This document shows positions 27,592-41,400 of a stretch of 64,000 nucleotides of DNA, in pieces. The notes beneath the pieces are model-generated. The model saw only the letters and a program-made list of their open reading frames with translations. It was not told the origin of the DNA and ran no database searches. Source of the stretch: Eledone cirrhosa (lineage: Eukaryota); the NCBI GenBank assembly GCA_964016885.1, contig OZ024755.1, positions 9,052,001-9,116,000 on the forward strand. Reading direction: 5' to 3'. The position numbers and the translations under genes were made by a program. Within the stretch, counting starts at the first letter, position 1. Each line of letters opens with the position of its first letter.

Positions 27592-27607
27592 CAGCCACCT
27601 GCTGGCG
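27592..27607 (-). promoter_or_regulatory. Candidate CTCF site in a unique, GC-richer block
   Basis: Minus strand CGCCAGCAGGTGGCTG matches the CCASYAGRKGGC core. Confidence 0.45.
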
Positions 27608-27733
27608 TGCAATTTCACGCATTACGGTGAGATTGCACTTATTAATGCCAGATTACGCAACAGATTGGAAAACCGCATGTGAGACAATATCAAAACATAG
27701 AATGGACAGGAAAATTTATGGGTGTCTTTCAAC

Positions 27734-27813
27734 ACAAACAGATAAATACATAAAAGAGCTATGACTGAATTAGTACAAAAGACATTGTAGAATGTGCAAT
27801 ATATATATATCTA

Positions 27814-27896
<83 letters not shown>

Positions 27897-27977
27897 GCAT
27901 AGATATATATATTGCACATTCTACAATGTCTTTTGTACTAATTCAGTCATAGCTCTTTTATGTATTTATCTGTTTGT
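27734..27977. repeat. Inverted duplication centred on a (TA)n array
   Basis: About 85-bp arms 27734-27820 and 27892-27977. Confidence 0.9.
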
Positions 27978-28013
27978 ATTTATATATACACATATATATA
28001 TATACACACACAC

Positions 28014-28045
<32 letters not shown>

Positions 28046-28113
28046 GCATATATATATATGTATTTATCTGTTTGTATTTATATATATGTGTATATATAAA
28101 TACAAACAGATAA

Positions 28114-28174
<61 letters not shown>

Positions 28175-28811
28175 TATATATATTTATATATAATGTATAT
28201 ATGTATGTATAACATGTGTGTGTTTGAGTGTACTCTTTCAATCTACACTCACACATATGCATACACGTACACATTTACACACATACACACAATGTATTTC
28301 CTATCTCATTCGCGTTTCTAGAATAAGTAGTTTGCTTTCCAATCACAAGGCCCTGGGTTCTAACCCTAAATTTGTCTCTGTACATTCCTAAATTGTACAT
28401 ATATGCTGAATTTTTATGTAATTATAGCCTAGAAATAAATTATCAATATACCTTTTTATTTCTGATCATTTTCATCAGCATAAACTGTAGGGTTTCTCAT
28501 ATGTAAACCATTATTTCATCACAATGAGAATTTCCCAGTTTTATGATTTTTCGTATATCCTTGTATATATGGAATACCAGTTATAGCCGAGGAATTAGGG
28601 GAGGAATTTAAACTGGAAAGTAAGAACGTACTTCTTGTATAAATCAAATGAAATATTAATATATCCAACGATAATATATCCAACAGTTCACAAAATACCG
28701 TTGCTTTATATTTAATTCTATTTGGAAGTATACAATTTTTGAGATTTAAAAACCTTCCTCGTGTTAATATGGTTCGCTGGAGAAAAATTACTAGATAACA
28801 ATTCAAAATGT

Positions 28812-28995
28812 GAAGGAGAGCCTAAAGAATTGAGGAAACCTTGGATTGTAAGTGGAGGTCCTGAAGAATTTAGGAATCCTAGAATTGCAAAAGAAAGGGG
28901 GGTATGAGGAATTAAGTATCCCTGAGATTGCAAGGGGTTGGCCTGGGGAATTGAGGAAACCTTGTATTGCAAAAGAAAGACCTGAATCGCTGAGA
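28812..28995. repeat. Degenerate minisatellite, about 39-bp unit, about 5 copies
   Basis: CCTGAAGAATT.AGGAA.CCT.G.ATTGCAA recurs. Confidence 0.75.
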
Positions 28996-29824
28996 ATCAT
29001 TGCTCTATAGAGACAAAATGAAGGCGATGTCTTCATACGGAATCTTCACTACAACGCAGTCTTGTTAAGGTTTCTCATTACCCTCTTTCAGAATCAATTC
29101 AGTCGTTATAATTGATTTGCCAGACGGATTAAGATTCGTTGCGTTACTTAATACTATAAGAGATGTATAGTTATCTATAAAAAAATGTTGATATATCTAA
29201 AAATAGTTTTTCTACAGACGTAATAGAAATTTTACTTTGAAATAAATATATTAGCATTAGCAGCGAAGATAATCGTATGACATCGGGTTCACCTTTAATC
29301 TACAAGGAATTTGTATGAAAGAGAACACTCTTCCTTTACTGATTCTCTTTATATCTGCCTGCTTTCTCTTTAATTTCATTTCTATGAATGGAAGGATATT
29401 TTGATTAATTCTTGTTATTTTGGTTTGAAAATAATAAAATTTGTCGACATGTGTTTTGTCGTTTTCTATGTTTTTATTTTTTTTTATTCCAATTTGAAGG
29501 AGCAAAGCTAGACTTAGACAGTAAGATACAAACATCCAGAATCAAAATTTAATCTGTAATTTTAAATAACTGAGATAAAATTTGAACGTTGTCTGCATAG
29601 ATCATCTTACTTTCACTCAAATATAGATGCTTGACCAATAAATCCTTTTATAAGATAAGAGAAATCATGACAGGACTTTGACGTCATATCTAATCCCTTG
29701 TTTTTCGTAGGGATTAAGAATGAGCAACTGAAGATGTTGTCAACCTCTGCAAATATAGGTGCATTCATGCGAATATACGTTCATGTACAGACATATGCAG
29801 ACATACATACATGTATATATGTGA

Positions 29825-29891
<67 letters not shown>

Positions 29892-30539
29892 TGTATTTAT
29901 GTATGTATCTAGACATACATATATATATGTTTATGCACATAAACACACACACACATATATACATATTTGAAAGGGCCAACCATGTTAAACATAGTATCAT
30001 GCAGAATGTTCCTGAGAAAAGCGTTGAAGATACGTGTGTCTTTGATCTTTGAAATGCTCAGCTGCTTGCACGTTAATTCCATGGGCAGGCTGTTTCGTTG
30101 ATCAAACAACGGGAACGCCCGTCGTCGGGACTGATGGAGGCCCAAAAACGTTCCGGCCCTAATACAGTAGTGTTATTATATTTCCAAACGTAGAACGCCA
30201 TCTGATTATATTAAAGTATTTTTTGTTTTCTGTTTGGAGAGTCTGGTCTTCTACACAAATTTACTAACTCGTTGGTGGGAAGGGAAAATTGGTGAACATA
30301 AACACATTTGGTTATTGAAATAAGCACGTGGAGAGGATGAAATATGGAGTGGGAGAAGGGAAAACAGAAATAGAAAGTCAAAAGGCACTTAACTCCTGAT
30401 AGATTCGTAGGGGCTCTGTCATGACACACAGCGTGTTTGGGTCATCTTAAACCTGGCTGAGTTCCTTACTCTCCAGGTCTGAACATAGCTTAGTTCAAAG
30501 AAAGAACGAAAAAGTGAGATAGAAGAAAGATCAACCCTA

Positions 30540-30693
30540 TTACTGAACTGGTAGTTTATTTATCGTCCCCGAAAAGATGAAAGGCAAAGTTGAAGTCAAT
30601 GGGATACGTGAGATTTGAACTCAGGGCGCTGTGAGCCGGAACAAAATATCGACATATGTAACCCGACACTCTAACAGCTCTGCCCATTCACCA
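30540..30693 (-). mobile_element. Degraded SINE family 1
   Basis: CTGGTAGTTTATTTATCGTCCCCGAAAAGATGAAAGGCAAAGTTGA..ATTTGAACTCAG. Confidence 0.75.
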
Positions 30694-31132
30694 ATACAGA
30701 AAGAAAAGTAGAAAGAAAGTAATTTAAGGTGAAGTAGGCAGAGGGGTGGTAAAATAAGGAGTAATTTTATGTGCTACTCTGTATGTTTTTCATGTCTGTG
30801 ATAGAGATAACATTAATTTGGTTCATTCTATATGTCATTTTTATGCGACTATGACAATGATTTGTAGGTTGGTTTCAGATGTGAGGATAAGAAACTAATG
30901 AAACAACAAAAAATAATAATAATAAAGGGGGAAAATGAAAAGGAAATAAAGAAATAGAGAAAAGAAGAGCTCATCACAATCTTTCGGAACCCTATCGAGT
31001 AATATTTAGTTGGTTTAAAGGGCTTCAAATATCCTTCTTTTTCTTTTGCTTCCTATCGGTACTAAATGATAAACCGAGTATTTATGAATATTTAGCGTAC
31101 ACGTGCGTGTATATATGTGCATATTATACATG

Positions 31133-31351
<219 letters not shown>

Positions 31352-31542
31352 TTATATATATATATATAGTTTTAGCTTCCCGTCCCCACGTAAAATTTAT
31401 AAATCAGTGGCTAGTTGAGAGATAGAGTCCTATCGGGTGCCAGTTGCTAATAGCTTTACCGTGTCAGTCGTCACAAACAGTCATGGCCGGCATAGACTGG
31501 TCTTAGGATTCTCTCGATCGATTGGTTATTGATTAGGCGATA

Positions 31543-31652
31543 CCCGCTGATGAAGCCGCATAAGCCGATTGTGCATTGTTGCATAATATATGCAGACAGA
31601 TGGTGCAGTGCACCTTATTGCTGCATTAGTGCGGCAGAAACTCGAGTCCGGG
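31543..31652 (+). ncRNA. Complete hammerhead with about 80-nt structured stem II (family C, element about 31370-31790)
   Basis: CCCG-CTGATGA-A-GCCGCA...TGCGGC-A-GAAA-C-tcga-GTC-CGGG; inner helices GTGCATTGT/GCAGTGCAC and TGCATA/TATGCA. Confidence 0.85.
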
Positions 31653-31797
31653 AACCTTATAGGCACCCGTTTTACGTGTGTTGTGTTGAAGCAAATAACT
31701 TTGTGTATACTCTGGGAATGTATCTTACATTGCCCATGGAGTGGAGTGCGCTGAGATACAACCGGTCCTGGCATTGATAAATAATTATTATATATAT

Positions 31798-31830
<33 letters not shown>

Positions 31831-31841
31831 AATATATATAT

Positions 31842-32011
31842 ATAGGAAACAGTATGACCCCGACGGCAGAGCTCAAGCCGTTTCGACGGCTATTTCTGGG
31901 TCATACTGCCGTCGGGGGTCATACTTTTTCCTATTTCCCACTCTACTACCCTAAGTATTGAGTACTCTGGCGTGTTATGGTCCATCTGGTTCCTTACCAC
32001 AATTCCTTTGT

Positions 32012-32012
<1 letters not shown>
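31842..32012 (+). mobile_element. Family B element with inverted 5' part
   Basis: Homologous to 22040-22237 with a different inversion junction. Confidence 0.85.
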
Positions 32013-32044
<32 letters not shown>

Positions 32045-32067
32045 TGTATATATATAATACATATATA

Positions 32068-32138
<71 letters not shown>

Positions 32139-32145
32139 TAATATA

Positions 32146-32290
32146 TATTAAAATAACAGATTAAAGCAGCGATTCTTTGCTTAATCTGTTATTTTAATAA
32201 ATATTTGCTCTACGGTTCTTATATATTTGATATATATTTATCCTTATCGAGCCCTCTTTGGATTTTAGTCTTCAAATTTATTATTATTAC
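32146..32290 (+). mobile_element. TA-flanked element with short inverted 5' duplication
   Basis: TATTAAAATAACAGATTAA...TTAATCTGTTATTTTAATA (32146-32199), then a unique tail. Confidence 0.55.
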
Positions 32291-32294
32291 TATA

Positions 32295-32330
<36 letters not shown>

Positions 32331-32842
32331 TGTGTCAGTGTGTATTTATGTATGCATGTATGTTTATATGTATATATATATGTGTAAATTATTATCTCTG
32401 TGTGCGTCTAGGCACGCGTGTGTGTATATTATCTGTGTGTGTGTGTGTGTGCGTGTGTACGCGGGCGCCTGCACGCTCTGAAACCTGACAGAGCTTAAAT
32501 AGGGCGTTCACCCTACCAGATGTTAGAGATGTGTTTGATAAAAGGAAATAAAATTATGCTAATATAACAATACAGTGTAATTGTGTCTGAAGATATGAGT
32601 GAGAAAACCATATTATCAGTTGGACTGCTTTAATAATTCTTAAGTCGTCGACATAATATGATATAATTAGAAGAAAAAACATAGAACGTAATTAATTTAA
32701 TTAAAAGTCCATCCAGATTTTAGTCTCATGCAAGGAAATATTTTCACTAAAGCATTACAAGTCGATATAAAACCTCCCTGAATTATACCTTGCCCTGAAT
32801 GTAAAAGTGTTGAGTTGTAAGATCTTATGCTATACATTATAG

Positions 32843-33000
32843 GCGAATTGTCAAAGTCGTTAGAACGTCGGATAGAATTCTTTATAGTATTTGTTCCAGC
32901 TCTCTGCTGTCTGAGTTCAAATCCCACCGAAGTCAACTTTGCCTTTCATCCTTTTGTGATCGATTCAAAATGTACCCCGTCCAGCACTAAGGTCGATATA
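32843..33000 (+). mobile_element. SINE family 1
   Basis: GAGTTCAAATCCCACCGAAGTCAACTTTGCCTTTCATCC. Confidence 0.8.
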
Positions 33001-33029
33001 CAAATATTTATTTATTTATTTATTTATAC

Positions 33030-33071
<42 letters not shown>

Positions 33072-33144
33072 ATGGGTGTATACACAATTAAATGTACATG
33101 CTATAAATAAATGTGACTTTAACATTTCCCCACTGCTCTTCCTA

Positions 33145-33180
<36 letters not shown>

Positions 33181-33541
33181 ATACACACACACACACACAC
33201 CCATATATATGTATATATATATATATACATATATATATATGTCACTGTGTGTGTGTGCTTCAGCTTGTGTTTGTGTATGTATTATATAAGTTGATAACAT
33301 ATCTTTTGGATAATAGTTGTACTAATTACATATTTCCTTGGCGTAATTACTTCAGCGTCTGCTAGCACATTATTTGAATTAATTAGTAACTAGATGAGAT
33401 AGTGTCCATGAGCTTTGCACGTATCTTCCCCTAATGGTGGAACTGGTATGATTGGAGCAGTTGATGTTCAAGTGAACGGGGCTAAATTTGGACATCCCGC
33501 CGGTTGATGTTTCTGAAAAGAAGGAATGGGTGAATTATTTG

Positions 33542-33578
<37 letters not shown>

Positions 33579-33650
33579 GTTTATATATGTATATATATAT
33601 ATATATGTTTATACATATTTATATGTATATATATATATATATATATACAC

Positions 33651-33714
<64 letters not shown>

Positions 33715-33745
33715 GTTAATATATGTATATATATATGTTTATACA

Positions 33746-33848
<103 letters not shown>

Positions 33849-33898
33849 CAATCCGACGGTTGATGTTTCTGAACAGAAGGAATGGGGTGAATTATTTG

Positions 33899-33936
<38 letters not shown>

Positions 33937-33979
33937 TGTTTATATATGTATATATATATATATATATGTTTATACATAT

Positions 33980-34025
<46 letters not shown>

Positions 34026-34411
34026 GTTTATATGTATATATATACATACATAGATGTATATATGTGTATACACACACAAAAACATATGTGCGTGCGTGTG
34101 TCCGCGCGCACATGTGTATTTATGTGTGTGAGCTGATGTGAATTTGGGTTTTTGCATACAACGTCGGAGTAAGACGGAGAGAGTCGGTATTTGGAATATC
34201 AAAGGTGGAATCACAGACGTGTTAGTCGCTACAATGTAAATATATGACCATATCTCCCTTGAAAAAGTTGACCGTGGGAATGTAAATAACGAACACATTG
34301 ATCGATATATCGATCTGGTATTCCGCTTTGTACTGCAACCCAGACTGTCAACTTCCATATAATTTTCACTCTTCTGGCCCGGATGTCGAGTTGGTGAAGT
34401 AAAGAGTTGAC

Positions 34412-34486
<75 letters not shown>

Positions 34487-34488
<2 letters not shown>

Positions 34489-34785
34489 GGTTCCGGCAAT
34501 AAGTGTCCAGTTGTTCAATCTACAGGAAAGCCTGTTCATGAATTTAAGTGTCTGGGCATTCCCTAGACGTGTGTAACCTAAACGTACTTCTCATGGAGAT
34601 TCACCATAACACACATTGTGAAAAAGTCGGATTCTTGAAGTATAACTCACTTCTTCCAGCTGAGTCGATGAAGCATCGGGAAATAAAGCGCCTTGTTCGG
34701 GAATACCTCGCACCGTTGGAAATTGAACTCAAGACCTTACGATCGTGAGCCGAACTCCCTAAACATTAAGCTACGTGTCTTTACA
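34487..34785 (-). mobile_element. CORE-type tRNA SINE family 2, near full length
   Basis: tRNA-like head, CORE-like CAAGG.CTTTATTTC..GCT.CA..CTCAGCTGG and the shared body. Confidence 0.8.
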
Positions 34786-35204
34786 TTGCACGCAGAAAGA
34801 AAGAGGTAATAAACAGAGTTAATCAACTGTTGTCCCTTTTGGAGACATATTTAGAAGTAAAGCAAGATTTATTAGTTTAGTAAGTGATCAGTGATCGGTA
34901 ACAAAAGAAAAAAAAACATTTTACAAACCATGAGCTAATTACATAAGGTTAAAATAAGACAAAACAAAATAGAAAAAAATGAATACCAACAGCATGGTTT
35001 CGACAGGAAGATGGAAAGAAATACCTCTACATAACCAATATCCTGCGCAAGTCAACAAAGAGGAAATGAAAGCTAACTATAGATCAAAGTCTTTGAACTG
35101 AAGGCAGAAATAGAAGTTCTGATTTTAGCTGAACAAAATCATATAACAGTAGAATTAATAAAACACGTAGCTAACATCAGCTGCAAGCTAATACAATCTC
35201 TGTA

Positions 35205-35685
35205 AAAGTTTTGGATAGTGGTTAGTGGTATTGCATTCACAATCGTAAGGTCGTAGGTTTGATTCCTGTACCAGGGGGAGCGGGACGGGATTTTAAGTCA
35301 CTGAACAAGAGACTTCATTTCACGCTGCTCTAGTTATACCAGTAATACAAAGACCCAACGTAGTTATACACTCTGTGACGCTGAATCTTCCTTGGAATAA
35401 AGTTAAATTGTATACGTGCCTGTTGATTCCGATGGTCTAAACAACTGGAACACTTTACTCGTGCAATTAACGTGCAAATGGTTGAGCATTCCACTGGCAC
35501 CTGTACCACAGCTGTCAGAGGAGCCCGCGTAGCACTCTATGTGAAAGGCTAGCCTTTCAAATTAGAGGTTCAACACAATTTCCCCCAACTGAGTGGACTG
35601 GAGCAACGTGAAATAAAGTGTCTTGCTCAAAGACAGATCATGCCGCCGGGATTCAAACCTAGGACTTTAAGATTGTGAGTCGAAC
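35205..35685. mobile_element. Tail-to-tail pair of family 2 SINEs (+ 35205-35460, - 35455-35685)
   Basis: tRNA heads at both outer ends; CORE segments near 35300 (+) and 35590-35632 (-). Confidence 0.75.
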
Positions 35686-35869
35686 AATACGATATAACTA
35701 ATATTGGCAACAATTTACTACTTAAGTCTTTTAGTTTAACTCATTAAGAATATTATTGGCAGCTTATTTCATTTGTGTTGTAAAAACCTAAGATGTTATT
35801 GGTTGTGATATCATAGAAAGCACGCAGGGAAAAGGAGTTTGTTTTCATTAAAGTGTTGAAGTGATGATA

Positions 35870-36200
35870 ATTGTGGTGGTGGTGGTGGTGGTGGTGGTGG
35901 TGGTGATATTGGTGGTGGTGCTTTGAGGGTGGTTGTGGTTATGTTAGTTGTTGTTGGTGGTGGTGATGCTTTGAGGGTGGCTCTTACGATGTTAGTTGGT
36001 GGTGGTAATGGTAATTGTGGTGGTGGTCCTTTGAGGTTGGTGATGCTGCTGGTGCTGATGATGGTAATTGTGGTGGTGGTGGTGGTGGTGGTGGTGGTGG
36101 TGGTGGTGGTGGTGGTGGTGGTGGTGGTGCTTTGAGGGTGGCTGTGGTGATGCTGGTTGTGGTGGTGATGGTAGTGATGGCGGTTACTGGTACTGATGGT
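35870..36200. repeat. (GGT)n tract with recurring CTTTGAGGGTGG interruption
   Basis: Direct observation. Confidence 0.9.
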
Positions 36201-36621
36201 TGTGTTGGAGTTGGGTAATAGTGGAAGATGGGTGGCGTTGGAGATTGGTGGGGCGTGGATGTTGATGGATGATGGATGGTGGTGTTAGATGATAATGGTT
36301 AGTGTTTGTGTTGGAAGTGATGGTGGATAGCTGTAAGTAGTGATGATGGTTTCGATGTTTTCGTAGTATAATAGGTAATGGTGATAAGTGTTGGTTGAAA
36401 GATGGTGGAGGGTGCCACCTGGTGGTGAAATACGGGCTGGGTTGCTGAGTTAGGATTATAAAACATCAAAATAATACGAATAAATATAAAAAATAGACAG
36501 AAATAATAAAGTAAATAAAACCTGCAACACTTGGTATGGGTTTTACTTGGACGTGAAACTGTTCTTATCATGTTCTTATGTTTCACTCATCATTGGATGT
36601 TGGATGAGTATGTGTGTCCTG

Positions 36622-36688
<67 letters not shown>

Positions 36689-36691
36689 GCA

Positions 36692-36727
<36 letters not shown>

Positions 36728-36812
36728 AATGAGATGAGCGGAACAAGCAAAATTTAAACAATCTTTCAAAATAAATTCAAAATACAATTTAAATATTTAG
36801 CCATCCATATTG

Positions 36813-36890
36813 CTTTTACCGACGGTTTCGCCTCACAAAAGATTGGAAATCCAAGGGACTTCCAATGGAAAGATCGTACTCTTCAGAAAG
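36813..36890 (-). ncRNA. Hammerhead with about 50-nt stem II region
   Basis: CTTT-CTGAAGA-GT...TTGGAAGTCC-ctt-GGATTTCCAA...GC-GAA-ACCG-t-CGGT-A-AAAG. Confidence 0.7.
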
Positions 36891-36918
36891 TATTTTCCCT
36901 TATATAGAACATATAGTT

Positions 36919-36952
<34 letters not shown>

Positions 36953-37119
36953 AAAATAATTGAAGTCATATTTGCAGCTTGTGTAGAAACTTTATTTGCA
37001 ACTTACAATTGATTCACTATCGATCAGATCGGGTGTGATCAAGGCGATCGAACCCCGAGTCTTCTTCGACATCTCCTCAGATATGAGTGTTCATGCATGA
37101 TCCATATCTGAATTATATA

Positions 37120-37170
<51 letters not shown>

Positions 37171-37303
37171 GATAACAAGTTATCGTTTTAGGTAATCCAG
37201 TTAGAGGTTGTGAGTACTCTATATTATGGATAGTCTTAACGTACGGCGTTGTTTGATAAAACCCTTTTCGTACAGCCGACCATGTTATTCTTCACTCTTT
37301 CAC

Positions 37304-37415
<112 letters not shown>

Positions 37416-38549
37416 TATTATTTATATGGTTTCTTAGAACTTAGTAATGATGTTTAAACAAAAGACTTTAGATGAATATAAATGATAATAAAAATAACCT
37501 CTATCATAGAACCAAGGATGTTTTGAGGTGATTCAGCATTAAAGTGTTTAATAGCTGAATAGAGAATTATTGGAGAGTTCACCGTTATTATAGCTCTAGT
37601 ATTGTTATTTTAAAATATTTATCGGTTTACGATATTCAATGTGGTGAATTGGCAGAATCGCTAGAGCTTTGGATTAAATAAATCTTTGCATTCTGATTTC
37701 AAATCCCGCCTCCCATTTCTAGTATTTGTGACTGGCAATTGGTATCAGCAATGGAAACATAGTTTCCTTAGTCCGATCTGACGGTCGGCTCCATTTTTTT
37801 TTTTAATACGTTGTCTGGAATGGGAACAAAGTCCATAAACGTTTTCGGTTCACCAAGACTGTTGGAGTCAATGTAGTTATGTTTAGCTCGACCTCCCGTA
37901 GGTTTTGAGCGAAATAGGGATTTTGGAGGAACTTCAGAAGTTTAAATTTCTAGGAATGACGCATAGTTTGGATGGGTGGGTCGCAGGAGTGTTGACGAGG
38001 AGAGGAAAGACGCGTGAATTGGGTGTTGCATTATAATATACAGAACACCCACAGACTCAGATAAACGCACACATATATATGTGTATATCTGGGATATATG
38101 CTTATATGTGTATGTGTGTGGTGTGCGCGTGTGTGCGTGTATCTTCGTATGTGTGTGTATGTGTGTGTGTATGTGTGTGTGTATGTTTGTGTGTGTGTGT
38201 GTGTCAAATCTAATCCACTCTCGCTAAAGCCCCAGTTGGCGTGTAAAATTTAACAGGCCATGTCAGAACACAATCCCGTATCTGTCATACCTACTCTGCT
38301 ATCAGACAAGACTTCAAGTGTTTTGCCTGTTGCTTGTTCTTCGTTTTGTTCTTGACACAACCACGTAAGAAAAAAACATGTCGGTTCCACTTTTCGTTAA
38401 AGCCAGTGTACAGCCTACTGTAAACATCTATTTATATGATAGCTCGGATTCATAGCAGATAATTAGTAGAAATGTGGAGTGGAAAAGCTATAGTCCCATC
38501 CTTAAAGAGATTGGGAGCAAATACTGAGATACAACTCAAATACAGACAC

Positions 38550-38580
<31 letters not shown>

Positions 38581-39106
38581 AAGGGCGGTGCCGTAGCATG
38601 GCCTCAACCAGATGGCTGGAACAGGTAAAAGAATAGTAAAAGAATATATATATATATATATATACATACGTGTTTATGTTCGGATACGCATGCAGGCACA
38701 CAAGCACACACATACACACATACACACACAAACACATACACTCAAACGCACACACGCACGCTCACATACACATACACACACATATACTGACAAATACTGA
38801 CATATATCTCAAATACAGACATATATGCATACGTGTGCATGCTTGTATATACATGCAGACACACAAACACACACACATATACACACACGCATACACACGC
38901 ACACACACGCGCGCACACACACGCGCGCACACAAACACACATACAAGTAGGTTACATCATACACACAGAAACATTACAAAGCACACACATACAAAGAATC
39001 GTTACAACACAAATACACACAGTAATGTTACAACACACACATACATACAGAGACTGCACAACATAGATATACACAGACCGTTGCGACACACACAAACTTA
39101 AACGTT

Positions 39107-39179
<73 letters not shown>

Positions 39180-39294
39180 ACACTAAGGAAAGAGTTACAA
39201 CGTGTGTCTTTCTTCTCCCCATTTTTTTCTCATTTTCCTCATTCCTTCCCCTCATCACTCTTTACTTTCTATTTATTTTCTATTTCAGACTCTA

Positions 39295-39330
39295 TCTTCT
39301 GATGAAGGACTAGTGTCCGAAACGTTAAGA
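39295..39330 (+). ncRNA. Complete minimal hammerhead (element about 39185-39420)
   Basis: TCTT-CTGATGA-A-GGAC-tagt-GTCC-GAAA-C-GTT-AAGA; loopless palindromic stem III ACGT. Confidence 0.8.
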
Positions 39331-39433
39331 CTCTCTTCCTACTATTTCAAGCGTTAAACTAATACATTTCTTCATGCACTGTGCCGTTTCTTTTTTTCTT
39401 TTTGTTATTTTGTGTGTAATTATGTATGTATGC

Positions 39434-39519
<86 letters not shown>

Positions 39520-39593
39520 ATTTGTATTTATGTATGTATACGTATGTATCTATATGTAGGCATGCGTACATGTATGTATGTATGTATGTATGT

Positions 39594-40205
39594 CAGGTCA
39601 CCAGTTGGTGCTACTGGTAACATGTATCCCAGTACAACCTGTCCCATGGTCGGGTCGTTGGCGACTAAACTGGCAACCCCACCAAGGTTTCTTGGTGAGG
39701 AGGGTGACTTTGGACATCCTGCAGGACTAAAAACAAAACCTGTCAAAGGGCAAAGGAGCTCTTAAGAGTCAATGGCCATCCAAAATCACCGGGAGAGATG
39801 ACCCCTTAGCCTTTGTCAAGGCAGAATTCTAGGAGAAGGAAAACTCTGATATAACACCTGCAACCCTGATGGTATCCAATGATGTTGACTTGTTCTTCTT
39901 TTTGGTAAATATCATCTTGGTTAAGAGAGTGGGACTGGCTTTGTGCAGTGCCTTTGCTCACTATAAAAGCTTCACGGCACAGGCATTGCTTTATATCTGG
40001 AGATCTCTCTGCACTTGTCGTCACATGGTACCATGGGCCCAGCACTATGTGTCAGTAATTGTCACAAGTGTAGTGTTTGTACCAGAGTTTTCAAGTCGCT
40101 GGCTGGACTAAAAAGTCACACTCGTTCAGCGCATCGGTAGGGGTTCTCCTACATGGATATAAAGTAGTGGCCGTACTCGAAAACGAGTTGGCAGCCACCA
40201 TGTAT
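39594..40205 (+). mobile_element. Non-autonomous RTE-derived element retaining the terminal C2H2 zinc-finger codons
   Basis: 40063-40140 reads HKCSVCTRVFKSLAGLKSHTRSAHR*, like RTE ORF C-termini; (ATGT)n on both sides. Confidence 0.7.
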
Positions 40206-40356
40206 GTATGGGGTATGGAGAAATGTGTTGATAGAGGTTCCTACGCTGAATGGCAACCTCTCTGAAGGGGAAGACGCGTGCGTAAACCCTCAACCAACCC
40301 CACGGTTATCACATCTCTAAATACATTATGCACGCGCATGTTTACGTTGAGAGTAT

Positions 40357-40426
<70 letters not shown>

Positions 40427-40469
40427 ATATATATATATACAAATATATATATATATATATACATATATG

Positions 40470-40552
<83 letters not shown>

Positions 40553-40635
40553 CTATTTAAACACATGCACTCAACCTTCCACACACTCATACATTAACAC
40601 ACACACACAAGTGAATATCTACATAGAAGTACAAG

Positions 40636-40668
<33 letters not shown>

Positions 40669-41029
40669 ATATACATACACATACATATATATATATATAT
40701 ATATGTGTGTATGTGTGTGTGTGTATATTACTTTTCTACATTCGATATATATATATATATTTGCTTTCAGCTGTATCATACATATTTATATATGTGTATG
40801 TGTGTTTGTTTCTGTGTTTCTACAAGAGTAAGTATGTATAATTGTATATATTTCATGTCATAACAAAGAGCTTCCTAGGGATTCTGTGTGGTATTAACCT
40901 CGATCCTATTACGACAGCTCTTCACTTCATCTACCACTCACCCATACCTCTCCTGTATCACCAACATTTCCTTCACTCTTCACAATATCAAACCAATCCC
41001 ACCCCTTAGTTTTCCTTGTATTATGCAAA

Positions 41030-41300
41030 CCATGAAGACATGTAGGATCATGAGTTCAATTTTCGGCTGTACGTTGTGTCCTTCAGCAAGATACTTTGTT
41101 TCACATCGCTCCAGTTCATTCAGCTGGTAAAAATATGTTGTACTTCTCAATGAAAGGGCCAGTCTTATACTCTATGTCATGTTGAAATTCCTTGAGAAAT
41201 AGGATAAACATGCACGTCTTCATGGAGTGCTCAGCCACTTGCACATTAATTACGAGAGCAGGCTCTTCCGTTTATTGATTAACTGGAACCAACAGCAGCG
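41030..41300 (+). mobile_element. CORE-type SINE family 2
   Basis: TGTGTCCTTCAGCAAGATACTTTGTTTCACATCGCTCCAGTTCATTCAGCTGG plus body. Confidence 0.8.
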
Positions 41301-41305
41301 TAGTC

Positions 41306-41400
<95 letters not shown>

